64,000 nt of DNA from a virus. The DNA lies in IMG/VR virus record IMGVR_UViG_3300045988_173323, one strand, 5' to 3'. The position numbers and the translations under genes are program-made. Every line of letters begins with the position of its first letter. Position 1 is the stretch's first letter. This document shows positions 10,769-21,361 of the stretch, piece after piece. Under the pieces are notes generated by a model. The model was not told the origin of the DNA. It searched no databases and worked only from the letters and a program-made list of their open reading frames with translations.

Positions 10769-10850
10769 CTATTTTCTCCTACTTTTATTTTTTTATTCAA
10801 AATCTTTATATAATAATTATATCAAAAATTTTAAACTTTGTCAATCTATA

Positions 10851-11228
10851 CTAATCTATCTGTTTATTTCTTCCTTCATCAGTTAAACTATAAGTTACTG
10901 GATCTTTACCAACTTTTTCAACAAAACCATTTGCAATAATTTTTCTCATTGAACCAGAAACTGAACGAGATGACATAAAAAGCCCCTCTCCAATCTCTTT
11001 TGAAGTAAAAAGGTTATTATATTTATCTTCATTAGATTGCATATATTTTAAAATCTTTGAACCATTCTCTGTCATTTCACTATTGCTAGAGCTTTTCTTA
11101 TCACTTAAAAACTGGCTCCAAAAGTTTTTAATATCTTCCCAATCTTCCCCGCATTGTTCTACATATATATCTTCTCTTTCAAAAATCTCTGATTGAATAA
11201 AATTTATAAATTTTTCTTTTTTTGTCAT
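10851..11228 (-). CDS. Small winged-helix (MarR-like) protein, paralog family member 1
   Basis: C-terminus KIIANGFVEKVGKDPVTYSLTDEGR. This motif is shared with the ORFs at 13071-13409 and 59624-60007. Confidence 0.3.
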   Translation of the reverse strand: MTKKEKFINFIQSEIFEREDIYVEQCGEDWEDIKNFWSQFLSDKKSSSNSEMTENGSKILKYMQSNEDKYNNLFTSKEIGEGLFMSSRSVSGSMRKIIANGFVEKVGKDPVTYSLTDEGRNKQID

Positions 11229-11312
11229 AATTTTTTATATAACCTTTCTTTCTCTTTTATTATTATACAATAATTATAACATTTATTTTAATAAAATTCA
11301 AATAAGTATATT

Positions 11313-11993
11313 TTATTTAAGAGGTTTTCTTCCGCAACTTCTCTCGCCTTCGTTACAATAACCAAGATACTCACATTTAGGACAAAAATAATTTGTAACT
11401 AAATATTCCCATTCTTCAGAATATTGTTTCAAAGCTTTAATTAAATCATTAAATAATTCACGATATTCCCAATAGGCACAAGTACACATTCTTTGATGAG
11501 ACATATCTATTAAAGTTCTTAAATTAATTTTACAAGAAACAACAGTAGTCATTCCAAGCGGAAGTCCATTCGCAGTGTCCTCATGTGGGATACTATAAAC
11601 TTGCTCTAAAGTTAATAGCGTTTCATTTATAATAGCCATTAATTCATCCCACAATAAACTAGCACCTTTTTCTTTTTTAATACTATGCGGGGTAATGTAT
11701 TTAAAATTATTCTTAGCGTAGTCTATATATCTAGTAGAAGCCTGAACCCTTGTAGGCATCCCGCCAATATGCGTATACCATTCTCTAATGACTCTTGCAG
11801 AATATCCATCTAAAGTTAAATACACATCGGGAAATTCCCAAGTTCTCCCATGCCCACTTTTTAAGTTATGAATACCTCTTTTGTAATTTTTCTCTTTATT
11901 ATCTATAGGAGCGTTATAGCAAACTCCAGACATTTCTCCAATTAATGTAATTGGATCTTTAGTAGTTCTTTCGTTAATGATAATTTGTCCCAT
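11313..11993 (-). CDS. ThyX-like flavin-dependent thymidylate synthase (divergent)
   Basis: The skeleton SARVIREWYTH...STRY and the C-terminal NLRTL...YWEYREL resemble the ThyX RHR/SxRY and AQWEIR regions. The canonical RHR is not conserved. Confidence 0.45.
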   Translation of the reverse strand: MGQIIINERTTKDPITLIGEMSGVCYNAPIDNKEKNYKRGIHNLKSGHGRTWEFPDVYLTLDGYSARVIREWYTHIGGMPTRVQASTRYIDYAKNNFKYITPHSIKKEKGASLLWDELMAIINETLLTLEQVYSIPHEDTANGLPLGMTTVVSCKINLRTLIDMSHQRMCTCAYWEYRELFNDLIKALKQYSEEWEYLVTNYFCPKCEYLGYCNEGERSCGRKPLK

Positions 11994-12016
11994 CTATTAC
12001 TCCTTTATTTTTACTT

Positions 12017-12829
12017 TTATTTATTTCCAGAAGTGCTATTATAGCCATAAATATCACTTTGATACATTTGAATCCAAAATTTTTCTTTTTCGTTTAATTC
12101 TGTTCTTGAACATTCTTCCATCAATTCAAAAGAAAAATTCCAAACACCATCTTGTTGCATTGCTTTATATAACTTATTTGTTGCGGAAGCATCTATTCCC
12201 AATCCGCATTTAACGTGCTGCTTAAATCTATCTTGAATATTAACGCTTTGTCCAATATAGCATTGTTTAGTTAATAAATTTGTAATTTTATAGATTCCGC
12301 ATTTAGTAGTAGTTCCTAATATCCTATTGCACATTTCAGTTGTTTGTTTTTGAAAATAAGTTGACCAAATAATTTTATTTAAAACAACAGGTTGATGAAA
12401 AGAAACTTTTATTTTATTTAATGCCATGATATCTGATAATTCATTATCTGTAATAGTTAATTTGTAAAAGTTAATTTCTTCTTCTTTTTCTCTTTCGCGG
12501 AGTTGAGCCTGTACGCCCGCACTCAGTGATTCTTTTATTTTATGTAAAGATTCATCAATTTCCTTTTTCTCTTTATCAGTCTTAGCTTTATATAAGTCAT
12601 ATTTTAATTCTATATCTTCATATGCTTTTTCTAATTCTAAAACATATTGTTCTTTTGCATATTTAATTTTATCTTTATAGCTGTTATATTCTTTTAGTTG
12701 ACTCTCTTTAAAATCATTTAATTGGTCTAATATATCATCTTTCTTTTGACAGAAAGATTTAAAAGCATCAGATTGTTGCTCTGTAAGTAAAGATAATTCT
12801 CTTTGCCTGCCTTTGATTTGCATTATCAA
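12017..12829 (-). CDS. Coiled-coil protein with C-terminal GIY-YIG nuclease domain
   Basis: CGIYKITNLLTKQCYIGQSVNIQDRFKQH at the C-terminus, with a long N-terminal coiled coil. An in-frame hydrophobic extension upstream of the ATG (IVYIIFFLFIISIIF) has no ATG start. Confidence 0.5.
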   Translation of the reverse strand: MIMQIKGRQRELSLLTEQQSDAFKSFCQKKDDILDQLNDFKESQLKEYNSYKDKIKYAKEQYVLELEKAYEDIELKYDLYKAKTDKEKKEIDESLHKIKESLSAGVQAQLREREKEEEINFYKLTITDNELSDIMALNKIKVSFHQPVVLNKIIWSTYFQKQTTEMCNRILGTTTKCGIYKITNLLTKQCYIGQSVNIQDRFKQHVKCGLGIDASATNKLYKAMQQDGVWNFSFELMEECSRTELNEKEKFWIQMYQSDIYGYNSTSGNK

Positions 12830-13070
12830 ATTACGTTTTTGAAAAGCTAAAGAATTTAATTCTTTTAATAAGGCTTCTTTTTCTTTCTCTTCCTTTCTAT
12901 TATTATATATAATAGTATTTTTTGATTTTATTGCTAAATATATTCCATAAAATAAAAAAATAATACTAATAATAAATAAAAAAAATATTATATAAACAAT
13001 ATCGGTAGCCTCCTTAAATAAAAAGAATGGGTTAAACTAATAATTAGCTTAACCCTTTTAAAATTTATGA

Positions 13071-13409
13071 TTACTCAGCCTGTTCTGTTACGTCTGGATC
13101 GAAAGTACGACCTTCGTCGGTCAAGCGAATAAATTTAACTGCTTTATGAGTGCCATCTTCAAGCTCAATCTCTGACGGAACTCTTTCCATTAAACCTTTT
13201 CTCTGAAAAGCAGAAGTTACAATACCATTTACACTTCTTACTTCGAGACCAGTTGCTTCTGCAATATCTGCCGCTGTTACATTCTGTCCATCTACACTCT
13301 TTACATAATCAAATACTTTTCTTGAATTTTCTTTTAATGCTGCCATTTTTTCTTTCTCCTTTAATTTTAAAACATAGTATATTTTATTTTTATTATTAGA
13401 TGATTTCAT
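13071..13409 (-). CDS. Small winged-helix protein, paralog family member 2 (true start probably the internal Met near 13346)
   Basis: DIAEATGL...FIRLTDEGR, an HTH followed by a wing. Confidence 0.35.
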   Translation of the reverse strand: MKSSNNKNKIYYVLKLKEKEKMAALKENSRKVFDYVKSVDGQNVTAADIAEATGLEVRSVNGIVTSAFQRKGLMERVPSEIELEDGTHKAVKFIRLTDEGRTFDPDVTEQAE

Positions 13410-13658
13410 CTTATATTTTATATAAATATTATACCAAAAATTTTTTAATTTGTCAATAATTTATTTTTGGTTATATAATCATCTATCATAAACATATCTT
13501 CTAAAGATAACGTTTTCGATATTTCTTGAATTTCCTTCATATTTTCTTGAACATTTTTACCCTTAGAAAGTTCTTGTTCCATCTTCACTATTTTAAGTGC
13601 TAAATCTTTTATTTCTTTATTTTTCATATTTATATTATACTAAAAATTTTTTAAAAAA

Positions 13659-14768
13659 TCAAAAAATGCTACTTACTGTGCAGTCTTTTGCATCTTTATC
13701 TTCTCTTAAGCCTTTCCAAAATCCATGTCTAATTGTCTTTTCTTTAGAATCTAACTCCATACATTGTATTTTTACTACATGATTAAGATAATTTTTCGGA
13801 TTCTTAGACATATCTTCTTTTAATTCATCAGAAATTCCAGAATGAATAGTACCTATATCAATAATAGTTCCCTTATCATCATATGCCCCTATTTTTATTC
13901 TGGCATTATGCCAATTATAATAATAAGGTTTTGTCACTGGAATTATTTCTTTTCCCATCTTAAGAAGTTCTTTATAAGTCCCTTGCATCCTAATACCATT
14001 TTTATTAATACAAAAGCCCCAAGAATCTAACTCTTTTCCATAATATTCCTTTGTAGGCTCTTCAAACCCTATAATAATAGCATCTATAAAATCTACCTTT
14101 TTCGCTTTTAAATTACTATCTGGGCGTTTTCCAGGCTGATATATCCCATTTTTCTTTTTTAAAACCATTCCCTCTTCACCTACGGATAAGGCACTTCCAA
14201 CTCTTTCATATAAATTATCTTCCCATGCTTCCGCAAGCTCAAGAAAATTATATTTTTTTAAATTATATTTTTTCCAAACTTCTTTTAATATATTATATCT
14301 AACTAAACTGCCAGTATTTAATAAGTTATAGCCATTATATATTAAAATATCATGGATATAATAATGAATCAATCCATACGAACCATTTTGTCTTTCTATT
14401 GCTTTACCAGCCAAACTTCCCATAATGGGGGTAACATTTTTAGAACTTCCTCCTGGATAATAAATTTCTCCAATTAAAACAGTCTTGTCTGGCAAACACT
14501 CTAAAGCATTAACTATATGAGGGACATTATCATGCTTCTCTGTCAGAAGTCCAGTCTTCTTACTTACTGTCCGCCCAAATAAATAACAATTTTCATTTTT
14601 AACAAACTGATAGAAAGCTCCATCCTTTTTAAGCTGACCAAAATATTCTCCACTTGAACAAGCTCTTTTTAGTTGTTCTTTTGTAGAAGAATGAATTAGC
14701 ATAGGCTCAATCATCAATTCTCCTGCCCCTGGATATAAAGATTCAATTTTTTCCTTACTAAAAACCAA
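13659..14768 (-). CDS. ATP-dependent polynucleotide (DNA) ligase
   Basis: Motif I QLKKDG, motif III LIGEIYYPG, motif IV EGMVLKKKNG, and motif V LKAKKV. Confidence 0.6.
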   Translation of the reverse strand: MVFSKEKIESLYPGAGELMIEPMLIHSSTKEQLKRACSSGEYFGQLKKDGAFYQFVKNENCYLFGRTVSKKTGLLTEKHDNVPHIVNALECLPDKTVLIGEIYYPGGSSKNVTPIMGSLAGKAIERQNGSYGLIHYYIHDILIYNGYNLLNTGSLVRYNILKEVWKKYNLKKYNFLELAEAWEDNLYERVGSALSVGEEGMVLKKKNGIYQPGKRPDSNLKAKKVDFIDAIIIGFEEPTKEYYGKELDSWGFCINKNGIRMQGTYKELLKMGKEIIPVTKPYYYNWHNARIKIGAYDDKGTIIDIGTIHSGISDELKEDMSKNPKNYLNHVVKIQCMELDSKEKTIRHGFWKGLREDKDAKDCTVSSIF

Positions 14769-14801
14769 TATAAACCTCCTTTACTCTTCTATTGTTAAGT
14801 T

Positions 14802-17144
14802 TTATAACTTAACAATAGAAGAAATCAAACTATTTTTTAACATAATATTTCCTATGCTTGTGCGGCTTAACTTAGGAATATCTTTTGTAGATATACATAT
14901 TGATTTTGGCTTTCCTACAATTAACAAGTTATCTGAATCATCGACCATACCTCCGCCAACAATCACTCCAGAAGTATCCGTAGTTTTATAAATGATAACT
15001 CCCTTTCCCGCTCTTTGCTGAAGTGGCAATTCCTCTAAAGATATTTTCTTTCCTAGACCTCTTGTTGTAACAATAGCTAAACAATCATCCTTCTTATTAA
15101 TTGGTAATCCCGCAATAACTTCATCATTTTCATCTAGCTTAATAGCTTTAACGCCCGCGGTAACTCGTCCAATAGGGTTGATTTCATCTGTAGGAAAATG
15201 GATAGCCATACCATTCTTTGTTATAACTATCATTTCTTCTTTTTCTATGAAAGTTACGTTAGCTAAAGAATCATTATTTTTTAAATTTATCGCGGCAATA
15301 CCTGTACTTCTCTTTACTTTTGTATATTCCTCTAAAGAAGTTTTCTTAATTAAACCTTGCTTAGTTATGAAAATAACATATTTTGCTTTTGTTTTTCTAT
15401 GCAAAGAAGTAATAGCAATAACTTTTTCATCTTTTTCTATATTTATTAAAGTGCCAATATTTATTCCTTTTGATAGATTAGTTCCAACTGGTATATTATC
15501 CACCAGAAGTCTATACATTTTACCTTTAGATGTAAAAATCATAAGAGTATCAATAGTATTAGTAGATATAACGTCTAATATGGCGTCATTTTCACTTTTG
15601 ACTCCTTTTCCATTCTTCTTCTGAACTTTAAAAGATTTTAAAGGAACTCTTTTAATATCTCCATTTTGAGCCGCAATAACAACTACATTTTCTGGAATAA
15701 TTTCTGCAACTTCTTTTTCTTCTGGCTTAATATCAATGTGAATTAATTCAGTTCTTCTGTCATCACCATACTTTTTTACTAGTGATTCTAATTTAGTTTT
15801 AATATCAGATAACTGCAATTCTCTATTTGAAATATGTAATTCCAATTCCGCAATTTTAATTAACAAGTCTTTCTTTTCGTTTTCAAGAGTTATTTTTTCC
15901 AAACGAGCTAAACTAGATAATCTCATTGCCAAAATGGATTTAGTTTGAATTTCAGACAGCTTATAAATTTCAATTAGTTTATTTTTCGCAGCTTCTGAAT
16001 TTTCTGACTTTTTAATTAAAGAGATTACATTATCAATGTCCTCTAAAGCTATCAAAAGACCTTCTACAATATGTAATCTATCTTTTGCTTTCTTTAAATC
16101 AAAAGTCAATTCTTTTTTTAAACATTCAATATTATGCTCTATATATATCTTACAACAGTCAGCTAAATTTAGCTCAGTTGGTACTTTATCAACTAAGGCG
16201 ACTTGATTATATGATATGCTTGTTTGAAGGTTTGTTTTAGAATAAAGCTTTTTTGCTATTGAATCTAAGTTCGAATCTTTTTTACACTCGATTACAAGTC
16301 TAATTCCTTTTTTGTTTGTTTCGTCGCGGATTTCAGAAATTCCTTCTATTTCTTTTGAATCACAAACCTCACCTATTTCAGTCAGTAACCCTTCAATAGT
16401 AGTTCCATAAGGAATTTCATAAAAGACAATGTTATTTTTTTCAATTTTATATTTTCCGCGGACTTTAACAGAACCATGTCCAGTTTTCATAATCTGCGGA
16501 ATATCTTTACTATTTATTATAATTCCACCTGTTGGAAAATCCGGTCCAGGTAAAAGAGGCTTTTTTCCGTCCATGTAATCATAAATAGCTTGTGCAACTT
16601 CCTTAAGGTTGTGCGGAAGCCAGTTACAGGCGATGGCAACTCCAATTCCAGTATTTGGGTTACACAGTAAGTTTGGAAAAATAGCTGGTAAGGTTACTGG
16701 TTCATCCAGAGTTTCATCATAATTTTGAATAAAATCAACATTTTTCTTTTTTAATCCAGATAATAAGCCATCTTCTGCAATTTTACTTAATCTTGCTTCT
16801 GTATAACGAGATGCAGCAGGTCCATCTCCTGCAATATTTCCGTTATTACCATGCCAGTCAATAAGAGGGTATCGCAATATCCAGTTTTGAGAGAGACGGA
16901 CTAAAGCACCGTAGATTGAACTATCTCCGTGCGGATGATATTTACCCATGACGTCTCCTACTATTCTAGCACTTTTAATATGAGGTTTAGAAAAAGTTCT
17001 TCCCTCTTCAAAAGCTGACCATAAGATTCTCTTTGCAACAGGTTTTAAACCTGACTTTGCATCAGGAATTGCTCTATCGGTATTAACTGCAACTGCATAC
17101 TCTATAAAGTTCGTACCAAGTTCTTGCTTTATATCATTCTGCAT
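14802..17144 (-). CDS. Type II DNA topoisomerase, A (GyrA/ParC/T4 gp52-like) subunit
   Basis: N-terminal AVAVNTDRAIPDAKSGLKPVAKRILWS, HPHGD..IYGALVRL, and the catalytic Tyr region ARYTEARL. Confidence 0.85.
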   Translation of the reverse strand: MQNDIKQELGTNFIEYAVAVNTDRAIPDAKSGLKPVAKRILWSAFEEGRTFSKPHIKSARIVGDVMGKYHPHGDSSIYGALVRLSQNWILRYPLIDWHGNNGNIAGDGPAASRYTEARLSKIAEDGLLSGLKKKNVDFIQNYDETLDEPVTLPAIFPNLLCNPNTGIGVAIACNWLPHNLKEVAQAIYDYMDGKKPLLPGPDFPTGGIIINSKDIPQIMKTGHGSVKVRGKYKIEKNNIVFYEIPYGTTIEGLLTEIGEVCDSKEIEGISEIRDETNKKGIRLVIECKKDSNLDSIAKKLYSKTNLQTSISYNQVALVDKVPTELNLADCCKIYIEHNIECLKKELTFDLKKAKDRLHIVEGLLIALEDIDNVISLIKKSENSEAAKNKLIEIYKLSEIQTKSILAMRLSSLARLEKITLENEKKDLLIKIAELELHISNRELQLSDIKTKLESLVKKYGDDRRTELIHIDIKPEEKEVAEIIPENVVVIAAQNGDIKRVPLKSFKVQKKNGKGVKSENDAILDVISTNTIDTLMIFTSKGKMYRLLVDNIPVGTNLSKGINIGTLINIEKDEKVIAITSLHRKTKAKYVIFITKQGLIKKTSLEEYTKVKRSTGIAAINLKNNDSLANVTFIEKEEMIVITKNGMAIHFPTDEINPIGRVTAGVKAIKLDENDEVIAGLPINKKDDCLAIVTTRGLGKKISLEELPLQQRAGKGVIIYKTTDTSGVIVGGGMVDDSDNLLIVGKPKSICISTKDIPKLSRTSIGNIMLKNSLISSIVKL

Positions 17145-17212
17145 TTAACTTTCTCCTTCTATCATTTTTCATATATTATATCACACATTTCTATAAAAAT
17201 CAATAAAATAAT

Positions 17213-17482
17213 TTATTTTTTGTCACTTTGAGTATATTTTGTAAAAATAAATAAATTATTATTTTCTTTTATATCTTCTAAGATAAATCCCTCTTTGTAA
17301 ATGACAATTAAGTCGTTAATGCTTGGCTTTTCTGTCATTGTAAAGCTATTTATATCTCGTAGCGAGATACACCTTATTATACTATTTTCAAAAGGTCTTT
17401 TATTTTCAATATCTGCTCTAATTTTATCCGCAGATATTGAACAATACCCTATAATTTTATCTTTCATCATATTATACCTCAC
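17213..17482 (-). CDS. Hypothetical protein
   Basis: 89-aa ORF between the topo subunit genes. No recognisable motifs. Confidence 0.25.
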   Translation of the reverse strand: MRYNMMKDKIIGYCSISADKIRADIENKRPFENSIIRCISLRDINSFTMTEKPSINDLIVIYKEGFILEDIKENNNLFIFTKYTQSDKK

Positions 17483-17732
17483 TTATATCAAAAGAAAGAA
17501 ATCTAAAATCTAAATTTATAACGATATTATCTTTAATATTTTCCTTCTTCACAAGTTCCGAAAAAGTAACAAATTTCATATGCGTTTACTTCATAATTAT
17601 CAGATAACTCGAATTTTTTAATATGTCCAATAATAGTACCAATCTCATCTTTTACCATCATAAGCGGAGCCTCGCTATCAAATTCTCGTACATCATTCTC
17701 TACCGCTTCTTTTGTATAAATAGTTCCATTTC

Positions 17733-17765
17733 CTATCAGGCTTACTGACAGGAAATGGAACTCTC
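17733..17765 (-). terminator. Putative rho-independent terminator downstream of the topo II B subunit gene
   Basis: 14-bp inverted repeat CCATTTCCTGTCAG/CTGATAGGAAATGG with one mismatch and a 5-nt loop, followed by a U-rich run on the minus strand. Confidence 0.35.
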
Positions 17766-17786
17766 ATAATAACCTTTATTGGATTA

Positions 17787-18189
17787 TTACTCAGCATTAT
17801 ATGTTGCCTCCTGCGAATGTTCTTTAATATACGCTTTTCTTGCAGTTACCCCATTTCCCATTAACTGTTCAAAAAGAATTGAAGTTGCACTAACATCTTC
17901 AACTGTAATTTGTCTGATAATTCTTTTCTCAGGATCTGTTAAAGTTTCTTCTGTCTCGTCTACTGACATTTCACCTAATCCCTTCATACGCCCAACCAAA
18001 TACTTCTTTCCTGCATTGGCTTTTTTAAATGCCTCTAATTCTTCATCATTTTTTAAGTATTTATATTCTTTTCCAATAGTAATTTTGTATAAAGGTGGAA
18101 CTCCCGCGTAAACATATCCATCCTTTATAAGTTCTGGACAAAAGTTCCATATAAATGTATAGAAAAGATTTTTGATGTGAGCACCATCA
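17787..18189 (-). CDS. Type II topoisomerase B (GyrB/T4 gp39-like) subunit, exon 2 (C-terminal part)
   Basis: DGAHIKNLFYTFIW...KGLGEM... is the C-terminal half of the TOPRIM domain (DxDxDGsHI) and the GyrB tail. Confidence 0.8.
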
Positions 18190-19283
18190 CGTGTTGTTCC
18201 CATGTTTTCATCGGCACTGACTATCTCTTACTCAATTAATACAAATTAAGGAGACCATTTCGACATTTAACTAGCTTCGTTGCCTAGAACTAGACTACGT
18301 ATCAATAGTAGCTCTACTTCCCTGCCCAGAAGGCTTAGGGAATAGTCGATACAGGTTCAAATATTTATCCATTTTTTTTCTTTTTTCTTATATATTGGAA
18401 GATTGCTATAATATCTTCCCCATAGGATTTGTTGAAACGATTGATAAGATATACGTTCCTTATAATCCTGATAAATCTGTTTTGCACTTTCTACTACATA
18501 TCGCTTTCTAATCAAAATTACTTCTTCATCAGAAAGTTTAGCAGAAGCACTATTTCCACCTTTGCTATTCTCATACATATAATATTTTTTATTTTCTTCG
18601 GTAAAAACTTCTGGCATTATATGCGACCAAGCTTTTCCTTGCCAGAGATTTTGAAAATAGCTAAATGAAATTTTATCTTTATAATCTTCATAAACATCTT
18701 TTTGTTTAAGATGATTATTATATGCCTTTCGTATGTTAATAACATCTTCTTCGGTTAATTTAGCCCGTCCGTTATTTTTTCCAATGGACTGTTGATTTCC
18801 ACCTTCTGAACAGTTATATCCATTTTTAATGGCATTTAATTTTTTAATCCAATATTCTTCTTTAGCATTAAGGTCATCTATAGAACATTCTTCTAAAATT
18901 TCATAATCAAAATTATCTGCACCATATTTCTGTATAGCAACATCTACTGGAATTCTATTTTTTTCACCAGCTATTTTATGCTCTTGAAATCTTCTTTGAA
19001 TATTATTTGATTGACCTATATATATTTTATTGTTAGTTTTATTTGTTATTTTATAAATTCCTATCATCTTTAATTCTCCTTCATTTTTATTTTTGAAAGA
19101 GAATGAATAAATATTTGTTTCCCACGGGATTACCATATCTTGCTCAAGGACTTAGGATTCCCCGTTAGCAAAAATTTTCTCTTTCATATTTATATGAGAA
19201 CCATATGGATCACATAAATATGTTTTGACCAAAATTTTTACCCGCTTGATTAAGCGAAAAGTCTTTCATACGCCGTATTACTG
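18190..19283 (-). other. Group I intron (~1.09 kb) carrying a GIY-YIG homing endonuclease
   Basis: Exon 1 ends ..GAC GU (U before the splice site). The intron ends ..AACACG (terminal G). Joining gives the in-frame DADVDGAHI, matching the GyrB TOPRIM motif DADVDGSHI. Boundaries are good to about 2 nt. Confidence 0.65.
18357..19136 (-). mobile_element. GIY-YIG homing endonuclease (intron-encoded), with NUMOD-like C-terminal repeats
   Basis: IGIYKITNKTNNKIYIGQSNNIQRRFQEH at the N-terminus. Confidence 0.8.
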
Positions 19284-20788
19284 ACGTCCGCATCTGACAT
19301 TATAATTATTTTACCATATCTTAAATCTTCTTTATCGTAAGTTACTTTCATAGTTTTAGGATCAATTTTAAGTCCAAAAGCATCAATCATAGTCATAATT
19401 TCAGCATTTTTCTGAATTTGAGTTAGGGTAGCTTTTTGACAATTTAAAATTTTTCCTCTTACAGGCATAACTGCCTGAAACTCGTTATTTCGTGCTGTTT
19501 TCAAATTACCTGAAGCACTATCACCCTCAGTCACGTATATTTCGCACTTCATTCTGTCCTTTGAATAACAATCAGCAAGTTTTGAGTTAAATTTTAAAAC
19601 TTTTTCTTTCTTCTTCTTTTCTTTTTCTCTCGCAAGTTCTCTTGCTTTTTTCGCGGCTTCACTTGCCTTTTTCGCGGCGATTGCTTTATCAAAAATTACC
19701 TTAATCTCTTTTTCATTTAACAAAAGCCACTCTTGGACACTTTCTGCAATAATGCCAGTAAAAGGTGTCATATCAAGTTTTACAATTCTGGATTTAGTCT
19801 GAGCGTCATAAGATACCCCTGGAGCTGTAATATTAAAAGCTACTATTAGCCCCTCTTGAATAGCAGTGCCTTCTAAATTATCATCTTTAGTCTTTAACCA
19901 TTTTTTTTCTCTAAAGAATTTATTAAATTCTCTAGTAATTAAAGATTTAATCTGTGTAATATGCGGTCCTGCATCTGTCTCTCCTGTATTAACATAAGAA
20001 ATCATATTCATTGAATAATTATTTGTATATGTTAATACTAAATCAATTTTATTTTTACCATTGCTATGTTTAATATATAATCTATTGTTAATGATTTCAG
20101 TGTTCTTAACTTTATCTGAAACTAAATCATCAAGACCATTTTTTGAAACATATTTAATAGCATCTTTTCCATTGTGAGTTAAATTGATTGTTAATCCAGG
20201 ACATAAACAGACCAATACGTGAAATAATTCTTTTATTCTTTTTTCATCTATCTCCGCATGATTAAAAAACTGCTTATCAGGCTTCCAAGAAACAATAGTT
20301 CCAGTATGGTGTTCCCCTTGATTACCAAGTTCTCGTTTTTCAAAAATACCATCTTTGAACCAAATTGTCTCAAACTTTCCGTCTCTGAAGGTTTGTACTT
20401 TTAGCTGAGACGCTAAGAAATTTGTTAATTTACTACCAATTCCGTTCAAACCCAAAGCTGTACCTTCATAAACGCCATCTTCTGAAAACTTACCAGAAGT
20501 ATTTAAAACATCAAAAGAAGCTTGCAAAACGCTTTCCCCATCTTCTCTCATAATATTTACTGGAAAGCCTTGAGCAAAATCTTCTACTGTACAAGAGCCA
20601 TCATCCTTATAATCTACATTTATTATGTTTCCATTTCCCGCTTGAAACTCATCAATAGCATTAGATACAATCTCAATCAATAGCTGAGTTGAATACTCTG
20701 TCGACCCACAATAAACTCCAGGTCTAAGTCGCGTAAACTCCCGCGGGCTTAATGATTCTATTGACTTCTCATTATATAAATTGCCCAT
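19284..20788 (-). CDS. Type II topoisomerase B subunit, exon 1 (GHKL ATPase + start of TOPRIM)
   Basis: GHKL ATPase motifs (EIVSNAIDE, GLNGIGSK), a transducer region, and TOPRIM EIYVTEGDSA...IIIMSDADV. The ORF stops just after DADV. Confidence 0.8.
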
Positions 20789-20879
20789 ATTTTCTCCTTA
20801 TCATCTTTAATATCCATATTAGATACGTTTTTCTTTTTTTCTTTTCCTTAATATATTATAATATAATTTTTAAAATAAA

Positions 20880-21359
20880 TCAACTATAATAATCTTTTAA
20901 CAGATTAGAAAATTTTTTAATATTATTAGTAGCAAGAGCATCAGCAAGTTCATTTTTAATGTTATTTGCATGACCTCTACACTTGCGAACTTGACAATTA
21001 AAAAAATCTATGTTAATATAATTATATAATTCCTTTATTAAATCAATATTTTCAATTTCTTTCTTTTTACTATTTTTCCAACCGTTCCTCGCCCATGCAT
21101 GAATCCAATCGTTGCATATGTTTACACAATACGCAGAATCAGAATAAATAATACAAATTTTATTTTTATATTTAGTTTGGGATAATTTAAAAGCTGTTAA
21201 AATAGCTTTTAATTCTTCTCTATTGTTAGTTGTAATATTAGAATTTTGTTTTTTAATTACTTGAATAATTTTGTTTTCATTAAAACAGATTACTCCAAAT
21301 CCGCCAGGACCTGGATTCTTTCTACAACTTCCATCAGTATAAATCTCAATTTTTTCCAT
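20880..21359 (-). CDS. rnhA: Ribonuclease H (RNase HI)
   Basis: YTDGSC...GGFG, NNREELKA, IYSDSAY, WARNGW, and CRGHANN..NELAD. Confidence 0.8.
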   Translation of the reverse strand: MEKIEIYTDGSCRKNPGPGGFGVICFNENKIIQVIKKQNSNITTNNREELKAILTAFKLSQTKYKNKICIIYSDSAYCVNICNDWIHAWARNGWKNSKKKEIENIDLIKELYNYINIDFFNCQVRKCRGHANNIKNELADALATNNIKKFSNLLKDYYS

Positions 21360-21361
21360 TT

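Noticed and set aside
18204-19249. An intein in the topoisomerase B subunit, instead of an intron
   Set aside because: The intervening sequence is not in frame with the exons, since stop codons end the ORF right after DADV. It contains a free-standing GIY-YIG ORF with its own start, and its boundaries fit group I intron rules.
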